Source: Phyllosticta citribraziliensis (taxonomy: Eukaryota). From it: a DNA stretch of 64,000 bases. This document shows positions 39,409-50,200 of the stretch, piece by piece (positions within the stretch are counted from its first letter, which is position 1; the number at the start of each line of letters is the position of its first letter). The position numbers were made by a program, and so were the translations under genes. The stretch is from assembly GCF_038025025.1 (NCBI RefSeq), contig NW_027117350.1, positions 992,001-1,056,000 of the forward strand, given 5' to 3'. Under the pieces are notes generated by a model. That model did no database searches. It worked only from the letters and a program-made list of their open reading frames with translations, and was not told the origin of the DNA.

Positions 39409-39885
39409 TGGTGTCGGCAGCAACGCGCAACTCGTTAGCCGCCGCCTCTGCATCCTCGGCCGTCCAATCGACGTCGTCCGCCCCCTCTTCGGCAGGCGTG
39501 CCGCACTCGTAAATGGTAATCCTGCCATTCTCCCTCGTGACGCGGCACCTCGTCTTGCCGTCGACGCTTCGGGCCTTGTTGCCCTCGACGATGATGTCGC
39601 CGTCTTCGTCTTCGACGAGGTCGTAGATGCGTCCCATGGCTGCGTCGGACCAGTCGACGATTTTGTTCTCTGGGGGTTCGTGGGGTCGGCTGCCGCCAAT
39701 GGCGGCTTGCTCGCCTTGGCCCTTTCCTTCTTGCGAATCCTGTGTTGTGGGCACAAACAAGTACCGCGTTGCTTGCATGATCCCAGTGGCTGACGTACCT
39801 TGGACTCCTCTCGAGCTTTCTTGACGGTCGTCTCCAGGACTTCCAGGCCCGCCACGTCCATCTCATCACTCTTTCTTTTCGACAT
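39308..39885 (-). CDS. Small (~172 aa) highly acidic hypothetical protein; probable intron 39740-39798
   Basis: ATG 39885 (MSKRKSDEMD..KKAREESK) splices via GTACGT..CACAG into the ORF ending at 39308 with a poly-Asp tract. Coding-like codon usage and a C-rich 5' leader; the branch point is weak. Confidence 0.6.
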
Positions 39886-40465
39886 GGTGTAAGTTCAAAT
39901 GGGCAAGGGTGACGATGTGAATGAGGGGTGGGAGAGAATGGGGTTTTGGTTGAGATGGGAGAAGAACTTGATTGAGGTGAGTGGCAAGGTTCGTGTGCTT
40001 GGCGGAAGGGATTGATGTTTTATGGAGACCTTGTGCTAGAGAGATGAGGAGGGAGGGATGGGCTGAGCCAGTGGAAAGGCGATGGGACTGTATGCGCTTG
40101 CTTGGTGGGCCAGGAGTGTTGGTTAGGCGATGGAGACTTCGACCTGGATAGACGCAGAGAGAGGGAAGAACGAAATAAATGGAAGGGCACAATGCAAAAA
40201 GACTTTGTGCAGCAAAACGATGGACGTAGACGAGGATCTTTATCCCTTAGGAGGAAATTAAGATAGTGTACGATCTGGCCTCTGAAGAGCAAACGCTGCA
40301 GACGATGCGAGTTCTTGCTGCCAGTGGACACGGCGAACAAGTAACTTTTTCCCTCTCACTACCGGCCATTAGCAAGACCAGTATTGAAACAAGATATATT
40401 TATATCGTATAGACAGCACTTTCGCTTACTTACTAACTCTACGGCGCACCACACCCATCATCAGC

Positions 40466-43400
40466 CTAACTCAACAACTCCCTAATATCCTCAATGCGCT
40501 GGCCCTTCTTCTCCTCATCACTCATCATGCCGAGACTGCTCGCCAAAAACTTCTTGCGCTCCTGGATACGCAGCATCTTCTCCTCGATGCTGCCGCGCAC
40601 CACGAACCGCGTGACCTTGACCTCGCCCGTCTGCCCCATGCGGTGCACGCGATCAATCGCCTGCGCCTCGACCGCAAACGACCACCACGGGTCCATCATG
40701 AAGACACGCCGGGCGGTCGTCAGGTTGAGCCCGACGCCGCCGGCGCGCAGGGACAGGAGGAGCACGGTGCCGCGCTTCGTCGTCGTGTTGAAGTCCTGCA
40801 GGACCGCTGCGCGCTGCTTTTGTGACATGGTGCCGTCGAAGCGGAGGAAGGGGACACGCGCAGCTGTGAGAGATGGCTCGATCAAGTCCAGGAAAGACGT
40901 GAATTGGCTGAAGATGACAGTCTTCTGCTCTGGCGACGTGCGGCGTGCGGCTTTGACATGGGCAACAAGGGCGTCGATTTTGGCCGAGGTGATGGACGTG
41001 TTGATGCGGCGGAGTGAGATGCGCGGCGTGCGAGTGCCACCGTCGTTTTCGTCGCCTTCGCCGTCGTTCGAGTCATCGTCATCGTCGTGCCTAACGACGG
41101 TGAAGATGTCGCGCGCGTTGATGGGCTCGCGGCAGTTGAAGCAGCGCGGCAGATCGCCCTTTTCGCGCTGGTGCTCAATGTAGTCGAGGAGGCACTGCTT
41201 GCACGCCGAGTGCCAGCATCCCGTCACGGCTTGCTCCTCCATGGGCTCCTCGCTGCAGATGGGGCACTCCGAGTGCTGCTCAGCCTGGATTTGCTTGAGC
41301 ACGTGGGCGCCGAAGCGGCTGGCGTCTTGCTCGCCCGACTCGGACTGCGCCTCGAATTGTTGAATCAGCGAGTCTAGGTCCATGTCGTCGGCGAGGCCGT
41401 TTGCGAGATCAGCTGCATTGGCGGCATCGTCTTCCGTGGCTTCGGCCTTGCTTCTAGTAAGGAGCGGATGACAACAACTCTGACGAAGCCGCAGGATCTG
41501 GGCAAAAATGGTTGTGTAGCTCTTGAGTAGTGTGCCATTCTCCATGTTCACGTTGAACGTCCGCTTGGCCCTAGTGTAGATCCAGTCGTATACGTCCCGC
41601 TCGGCTTGTGAGAGCTGGACTTCTTCAATCTCAATCAAGCGTGGCGGCAAAGGCACCAGAGCCTCTCCTTCGGGCGTCTTCATGTCCTTGGTTCGACGCA
41701 TGACCAGCGGCTCAAGAACCGTCTGAACCACATCGAGGGCCCGTATAAAGTCGCCTGATTCAAATGGCACAGTGATGAATGTCTTCCAGAATGAAAAGTT
41801 GGACCATGGCTCGACCTTGAGGAACCGAACAAGGGAAAAGAGATCTTCGAGGCGATTTACAATGGGAGTTCCGGTCAACACCCAACGATGAATGGCGGAA
41901 ATCTCGTAGCATGCCTTGGCGGTTTTGGACTTTCTGTTCTTGATGAAGTGTGCTTCGTCGAGGATAACACGAAAATACTCAACGGAAAAGAGGCCTCCAT
42001 GAGAACCTCTGTTGCCGTCTAGTGCGGTGACCTGGTTGAATTCTGAGAGGACGGTTCCGTAAGATGTAATTATGAGGTTTGGTGCATTGGCGCCATTGTG
42101 TTCAGAACACAGATTCTGAAGATTCACAGCCTTTTCTGCTCCGTAGTAGACGATGGCTTTCATCGTCCCTTCTTTGGAGGCTTTTTCGGCCTCGCTGTGC
42201 CACTGGGCCAGTAGGGACATTGGCGCAACGACAAGCGTTGTCTTCGGCGCAGGGATGACAGTTGAAGAATTCTTGGGTAGGCGTGGCAGGTCCATGACGC
42301 CATTGTTGCTGGCGACTTCGGCAGTATGAGAGTGCACAAGGCTAAGCATTTCAATCGTCTTGCCGAGTCCCATCTCGTCAGCCAAAACTCCACCAAGACA
42401 GTTTTGTTCTTGCACTGGAAACTCGAGCGATAGCTCTCCCGAATACGGGTTAACGTAGAAATATGGCAGTCCTGTAACCTCGGGCAAAGGCTGGTCGTCG
42501 ACATCCTTTATCGGCCAAGTGTATTCTTCCCACAATGGATGCATCGACTGCTCCTTGTGATCCGACTTTTGGTCATTTTCTTTGCTCATCATCCAGTGCA
42601 ATGCCTGCTTTTGGTACTTTCGGAGGCTCATGGCAAAGGTTTCGGCGGGTTCCGCCTCGGGAGTGTTGAAATCAAACGACTGTGCTTTTTTATACAACGA
42701 ATCCAGCTGGTCCTGCTCAAGTTCTTGTCCTTCTTCTGGTTCTTCAGAAGGTGGTGAAGAGGGGTCCCCATCCTGTCCTTTTGTCTTGGTGCTGGAATTA
42801 GGGGCTCCCTTCTGCTCTCGTTCCTCTGCCAATTCTGCGGCCTTCAAAAGCCCCTGGCGTTTGTGTTTGATGGTTTGCGCATTGGCTCGAGAGGGATGCA
42901 AATTGATCTCGTCAAAAAGCTTCACCATGGCCACCTGGCGCAGACGCAGATTGCGCTCCTCCTGGCTCTCCTGGGCCTCGAAAAAGCTTGTCTCGCGATT
43001 GGAATCTTCCGGCTTCACAAAGCCACCAGCCTGAAAGACCTTTTTCAACAGGTAGACGCGGAGTTGGAGAAAGATGGTCTCGCTGGTCCGGATCATGTCA
43101 GGGGCATAGACACAGGTTCCCTCAAACTTGCAGACATTTTGATCGATCAAGGGCGCTATCCAGGCAGACGATTCACTCTCAAGACGTCCCACTTCCTCGC
43201 CGCGGGTGTTTGTAAACCTGACTATCAAATCTTGTCGCTTGCTCGGGATCTTCCTGCCTCCACGGCCAGTCCTGTAGGTTTGGCCAAGCCTTGCGCGCTC
43301 AATGTGCACCTTTTCGCCGTGCTTGATGAGGCCGAATCCGTTCTTGGTGGCCCAACCTGCGACACCGAATGCGCCAATGTATCGTTTTTCGGGCATTGTT

Positions 43401-43912
43401 GGTGTACTCGGGCCCGCAGAGGTGGTTTCTGCGTGTCGCGCTGGCGCCGGCGGAGGCGAGGCTTTTCGCTCTGCAAATGCATCGAGTGAGGGTTTCGCGG
43501 TTGCTGGTGCAGCAAGTGAAGCGTCCTTCCAGGTGCCGTCAAAGTAGATGTTGATTGCTGGTCAGCGTTAGAAGTGCTGCTCTTCTGCGGAGCCTGGGAG
43601 CATACCGCGTTGTATGTCGTTCACACTGAGCTCTTGTAGCTTTTTCAGCGTCGAATCGGGAACTTGTTCTCCCACGAAAGATGCAAACAAATCGGCGTCG
43701 AATCCTGCGCTGGGCGCTTCATTTGTGTCCTGATTTTCGACGGGAGTGTCCCCAGTGGTGACGACATTTTGACTCGACACGGGCAGCGCGTCGATGTCGT
43801 CTGAGAGCGATGGTTGGTTGGTTAGGGTGCTGGTGCTGTCGTCGGCGGGCTCGTCTTCGACGAAGAAACGGCGCTTCTTGGCTGGTCTCTCCTCGAAACC
43901 TCCCAGACTCAT
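40466..43912 (-). CDS. RAD5: DNA repair protein Rad5 (HIRAN + SNF2 helicase + RING); intron 43558-43605
   Basis: HIRAN (RYIGAFGVAGW..IVRFTNTRGEEVGRL), GGVLADEMGLGKT, ILDEAH, WVLTGTPIVNRLEDL, RING CPIC..CWHSACKQC..CFNC, FSQFTSFLDL, LLLSLRAGGVGLNL, QAIDRVHRMGQ. Confidence 0.96.
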
Positions 43913-44004
43913 GGCGGCAACAGTGGGTGGAGTGGAGTGGAGTGATGGGCGAGCGGCGATGGCGATTAATTTGGCAGACGCGACCTGGCACGTCGCCGGG
44001 ACGG

Positions 44005-44010
44005 ACGCGT
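44005..44010. promoter_or_regulatory. MCB box ACGCGT in the RAD5/NDUFAF6 divergent promoter
   Basis: Exact ACGCGT about 95 bp upstream of the RAD5 ATG, plus ACGCGA at ~43978. Confidence 0.45.
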
Positions 44011-44152
44011 AGTGAGATAAGATTAGATGCCCCACGTCACTCGACGGCCCAATGGCCTCGTCCAGGATGCCTATTAGACAACAATTCGTCCGCAATGTCG
44101 CCGCCCCGTCTGAGCACCTCCACCATTGGCCTTCATCCCTCCTCTTCCTCTC

Positions 44153-45354
44153 ATGCCATCTGTTCGTCTAGCGCCTCGATTGACATGGCGCCCTTCTCGG
44201 CCACGCATCTGCCACTCCTGTCGCAGATATTATGCGGCATCAAACGGCACCACAACCGTGGCTTCGGCCGCTGAGAGGGACAAAGCGTTGGCCTACTGCT
44301 CCAACTTGCTGAGGTCGATCAAGTCTCTCCACACTTTCCCCGGACTCAATTGACGTCGTCCAGGACCTACGACTCGCCCTCGTTCACCCTCCAAACCTTT
44401 GTCCCTCCGTCCGCTCGAACTGCATATCTCGCCATTCGCGCATTCAACATTGACATTGCACGCATCGCCGATGCCACCTCTAACCCCACCGTCGGGCGCA
44501 TGCGCATGCAATTTTGGCGGGATGCAATAACACGCGCCCTCGCTGGCAACCCCCCAAAGGAGCCCGTTGCCCTCCTTCTCGCGCACGCTCTCGAGTCGCT
44601 CCAATCACACGGTGGCAGCAGTGGCCTCAGCAAGTCGTGGTTTCTCCGGGTCATCAATGAGCGCGAAAAGGCGCTGGGGAACCCGCCGTATCCGTCCCTG
44701 GCTGCGCTGGAACGCTACGCCGAAAACACATATGCTACGTTGTTGTACCTGACGCTGCAGGCTGTCCCACTGGCGTCCGTGACGGTGGACCACCTGGCGT
44801 CGCACATTGGCAAGGCAGTTGGCATTGCGGCCGTGCTGCGCGGGGTGCCGCTCGTCGCATTCCCTCCGCCCGCAAACCACCATTCAAACCAGGCCGAGTT
44901 TGGCGCAGGCTCCCAAAGACAAGGCGCCGTGCTGTTGCCGCTGGACGTCATGGCTGAGAATGGTGTCAAGGAGGAGGAAGTGCTGCGACACGGCGCCGAG
45001 GCGGCCGGCCTTCGAGACGCAGTGTTCGCCGTGGCGACGCGGGCCAACGATCACTTGATTACGGCGCGGGCGATGCTGGCGAACCTGCGGGCGGGAGGAG
45101 AAGTGGATCACGAGTTTGAGCACGCGCACGAGGAGGAGCATCGTTACAGCCCGGCGCAGTTGAGCAAGGGCGTCGGTGCGCAGCTCGAAGACGTCGACAA
45201 GGGGTTCGGCGTGCTAATGCCCGCCGTGGCGACGGCGCTGTGGTTGGAGCGGCTGCAAAAGGTCGACTTTGACGTCTTTGAGCCGTCGCTGAGGACGACT
45301 GACTGGAAGCTGCCGTGGAAGGCATACTGGGCGTTTAAAAGGAGAAGGCTGTAG
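44153..45354 (+). CDS. NDUFAF6: Mitochondrial complex I assembly factor NDUFAF6-like (squalene/phytoene synthase fold); intron 44314-44363
   Basis: Arg-rich mitochondrial-type presequence, YCSNLLRTYD, YLAIRAFNIDIA, GRMRMQFWRDAI, LERYAENTYATLLYL, DHLASHIGKAVGI, WLERLQKVDFDVF. Confidence 0.87.
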
Positions 45355-47212
45355 ATCTCGAAACCCCCTCGCGGGACGCTGTATATACGACCTGTACCAT
45401 ATCGAAGTAATATCAACGATCTATCGACGACTCGGAAGTCAGTCAGACGGCAGCTGCCGCCCAGTCTTGCTTCGATGCGGTCCAACCTTGCTCCTAGGTA
45501 CAGCAGCACAGCTTGGAGCGAGTACAACACCACACCACATACCGCAGCACAACGGCACGACCAGTCCACGGCAGCATCGCAACGCCCGATGATGCGAGCA
45601 GCACACACAAGATGATTCGCGACTGTCTCATGACCCACCCATTGCACTCCCAGCGTTCCTGATTCATGGTCTCAATATCTCCGGGCCGAACAGGTGCATA
45701 TCAGAGTACAGACGCAGTCCGTTTGGCTCTACCTGTTCGACTGTTTGTGTACCTACTGTCGCTTTTGCGTACACAGCATACATATGTCGCAGACCGTGTA
45801 CACGGCGATGCGGTCAACTTGTCAGCGTCTTGCCCTCTGCTGTATCTGTGCTGTGCTGGGCTCAAGCTAATAGGGACGGAGGAGACGGCCGTCGCGGCAC
45901 TTCAGTCGTCTTCGATGTCCATGGCGATGGTCATGCTTCAGACAGCTAGACGCACAAGACACTTCAGTATTCTGATTCACATGAGGCATTCACGAAGTCC
46001 GCGTCGCTGTGCTTGTCAACGGCATCTCTAGCTTCTCCCTTGAGCACCAAGTGGCGCGGCGCGGGCTGACACCGCAGCGGATGTCATGAAATGACAACTC
46101 TACTGTGGCTGCATCGAGGGAACGTCGATTGCCTAAATCGCTATGCGCGCACCCAGGGAGCCGTCATTCATGGACACGGAAGTCAGCAGGGCCTTATCAT
46201 TTCGTCGGCAGCCACTTCGAGACGCTTCTAACTCTCCAGAAAATCAAGTTATGGCTTTCCATCCAAAGAACTAAGGGATGGAGCCGGAAGACTCCACAAA
46301 CTCAATCAACTCATCTCTCAACAAACAGATCCGTTTGCGATAGTCGAGTGAGTGACACTCCAAGTCTGTTGCTGCACACACACTTCCCCCTGTCAAGTCC
46401 AAGTCCAAGTCCAAGCCCAAGTCCGGCCCTCCAACGCATCGCGATACGGTGAAAGCACGCAAAAAACCCTCAAAGTGAACGTGCAAGCAATGACACCCCA
46501 TCCATTTCTCGGCCGCCCACCCTGCCGATACAAAGAGATGTCCAGCCAAGAGAATCAGAGCGCTGAATATATTTTCAAGAGGAAAACAGACGCGCTATGG
46601 TCTTACGTTATGTATAATAAAGTGAGCATCGTCATAGAACTACAAGAACAATTGTCCTGTTGTAGAGTCATCTTACTTGTCCTGGCACCACCTCAGTCGA
46701 AGCCACAATAATCCACTCGTTCACTATCAGTGTAGCAGAGAAAGCCACCGGGGCAGATGGGTGTTCTTAAGCCATCATGCATCAAACAAGCGCCTTTGGC
46801 ACAGCGGCGATGGCATATCGAGGGCAGAGTCAGTCAAATCTGCAAAGCTAGCTATGCAGAAAGAGCATTTAGAACCTGCCTGTAAAAGCCTGTGACCGCA
46901 CAGGCGGGCGATGTCCGTAAACTCTTATTACGAGAACTGTCCGTCGGCAAGACGACCAGACTCTTCACGCTGGTTGATACGGTCTGACGCGTCAGTCGGT
47001 ACTGTGGAGGGCAGCTCAGGTCAGGAGCACTCATGAACGGACTACTGGCTAGACAGGGAGTTGGCATTTCTGAGAGTGCGTTGGGTCTCTACTGATGATG
47101 GAACTCCCATTCCTTTCGGTAGGTGGTTGATCAAGCATTGGCTTCAAAGTTTGCGCTTCCTCTGGGCTCTGCATGTTTGGTGTATGTATGTGGAAGCTCT
47201 ACATGCTGGGGT

Positions 47213-47267
47213 AGGCAAACTTCACTTGGGAGGCAAACTTCATTTGGGAGACAAACTTCGATTAGGA
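47213..47267. repeat. 18-bp degenerate tandem repeat, 3 copies (AGGCAAACTTCAYTTGGG)
   Basis: CAAACTTC recurs at 47216, 47234 and 47252. Confidence 0.85.
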
Positions 47268-50200
47268 AATACCGAGACGGTGCGACTTTGAAGCGCGAGG
47301 AAGGAGACTGAAGGGAAAAGCGGCAGAAACGCGGAAACGAGAGAAAGATGCAATGTGGTCGTAAGCACCATTGATAGCAAGCGGTTAGTTGCGATGTTGT
47401 GTTCAACTGCCGGTGCAAGGCTGCTGTTTGGTTAAGTGAGCGCCGCAAGTTCTTCCCAGGTCTCGCCACCTTTGGACTAAGGGGATGACGATCATGGCAA
47501 ATTGAATGTGCTCTGCTTCATCCAGGCAGATGATTCTCGACGCCGCGGGGGAATAGGACGTGTCTGCTCGAAAAAGTGCCATCCCATCACCTCTAGGGGC
47601 AGGCATCAGTTCCCAAGTCGCGCTGAATAGCTGACAGATACTCTGATACACCAGCGAAGGATATATCGAAGAGAAATAACAGAGCCCTCTGTCGTTACAG
47701 TTGCGTCTAGGGGGCATTCACTCACTCCAGCAGAGGAATCTGGACAACTGTCGCCCGCTCCTCGAGTCACAGTTTACCCAGGGACCTACGATTCACCACC
47801 GCCGCCAAACCAAGAGAGCACAATGTCATTCGACACGCAATGCTTCCTCCGATGCCTGACCTGCCCGACCGGCTGAAAACCAACCCATCTCGATGACAGC
47901 CAGCAGCGCAATCGGGAGCACATGTGTAATGCGCACCACGCCACGCAGCGAGCCAACCGCCCACCACCACCGGCACCACCACCACTACCGCCGACTCACA
48001 ATTAAAGACCAACCAACCTACCTGTACCTAGCGGGGGCGAGGGCGGGTCGGCCAGAAAGCCGGCGTGATCGCAGCCGTCAACCTTGTCCTGCCCCCATCG
48101 AACGACACGACCGTTCGTTTCTTTTCGCTAGTACCGGAGGTACTTCTTTTGCTTCTGGCTTCTTGCTTCTGGCGTCTTGCTTCGTTGGTTTGCTTGCTTG
48201 CTTGCTTCCGCCCCGTTCCCTTTCTCTTCCCTGGCCGCCACCACCCTCCCCGGCCCAGGCAATTAATAGGCTTTGCCGTTCCTCCACGCCCCGCCTCAGC
48301 GCGCCCGCCCGTCTTTCCGTCCGTGCTCGGGTGCGCGCCATCTAGTCGGCTGCAGTTCCGGGATGCCCACAAAGTGGCGGCTGCATTGTCTTTTGACAGA
48401 ACAAGGCAGGATAGGACAGGGCAGGGCAGGGCAGGGCAGCGATAGCGGGCGGCGGAGACGCGTGGAAACGCGGTGAAAACGAGTGGGCTCGTATTCACCA
48501 CACGGAGCGGCTGAGAGGAGGGCGGCGATGCATCAAGCAAGCAAACGAGCCACCAAGCAAAGGGTGGAGGGAGGCGAAGACTGGCTTGGATCCAAGCGGA
48601 AGGTGCAGCATCGAATTGGAAGCTTAAGTGGTTGGCGAGTGCCGCCGCTGGCACCCCTAGCTACGCCTTGCTCACCACTGCGCGCATGTGTTATACGGTG
48701 GGCTGCACCCTTGTCGTCAGCGCACCCAGGCACATCGCACAGCCAAGACAGCGACACGCGAGGCCGGGGAAGGGACAGGTGTGGGCTGGGGTACTGCGTC
48801 CAGGGCACATAGCATGGGTAGTAGGCAAGGAAGAGGGATGCTTCAGCCGTGGTGAGACAGAAGATACGGCGTCATGATTGGACAAAAGCAAAAAAAGGAG
48901 AAGGTGCGACTGACTTGCGTCGCTGCAGCTGGGATGATTGGTGTAGCGCACACCTGGTTCCACGTACCCACCATGTCGGTTGTCCGAACGGCTGGCTGAC
49001 TGGTTGGGTGGGGTTCCGTTTTACTCTTGTTTTTGCCGGGTCCTGGACATGTGGCTGGATTCTGAGCTTCTCCAGAACAATTGCTTAACCTCTGACGGAT
49101 CACGGCGGCGGGCACGTATGAGGTGTCGAGGCCGCACATTGAATGCAATACCGCCGACGAGTGAGTCCGCCAAGTCGTAACTTGCCGCCCTTTTCCATGC
49201 TCTTTGCATCTCTGCGATTAACATCGGGGATACACACTTTCCTAGTGGCTAGGTGAGGTGGCCATCGAGCGCCCTTCATCTACCAGAGGTTCGGCTTCTT
49301 CGCATACTTCTCAGCCACTCTCTCAGTCATCTCATGTTGATGTATTGCTGCTATTATAGCAGCGACTCTTGATGAGGCTTGAGCGTGGCTCAGCTGTCAC
49401 ACTGCTGCTAGCTGTTCAGCCTGATGGTCATGAGTATGTGGACGCAACGCATGTGTTAGCGGCTCCGATCTTGTTGGTTCCAACGACACGAGTATCGAGC
49501 TTTTTGCCTTCTCATGCGCTGCGAGATATCGACTCATCTCGAGCATCGAAGGAGTGAGTAATGACCGCTGTTCATCCCAAAGCCTTGCGATAACCATGCA
49601 AGGGGTGATAAAAGTCATGGCACACACTATCCTGGGGTTCCGCGAACTGGGGCTCAAATGCTCCGTGGTTCTACTTTCTCAAAGGCGTTCGAATGCTTCC
49701 GAGAACGTCGTGTGGTCCAGAGTGGCTTGAATGCTCCCTGTCAGTTGTCTCTTGAAGCGGTTGAGTATCCCCTGCCTGTTCCCCTACCGTTGCTTGTGCC
49801 ACGACTTTTGCGATCAAGTCTGGTGCAGTCACGACGGTACTTGGCTGCCTAAAACTTCATTTGGTGTCCAGACAAGGAAACGGTCACAGTCGCAGGGTGC
49901 CGAGCTGTAGAACGCGGCAGGCGCGCTGCCGCTGTTATGACGCGTCAGCGGCCTGAACGCGGCTTGGGGGCCTGGAGCAAGGACGGCGGAAGGGACGGGA
50001 AGCTCGAATCGAGGCCCTCGTTGAGCTTGAGTGCACAATGGGAAAATTGACAGATGAATAGCGATCGCGACGGGATGCGGGCGGGTGGATGCATGGCAGG
50101 CGTCATTAGCCGTTTTAGCTCGCTGGGAGTCTCGAGTTTGAGACTTCCGTGATTGGGAAGCATGATGTAAGATGGAACAGGTCGTCGATGAGCTGCCATG

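Noticed and set aside
47061..47291. ORF with GKLHLG repeats
   Set aside because: Translation of an 18-bp tandem repeat, with a non-ATG start and no coding context.
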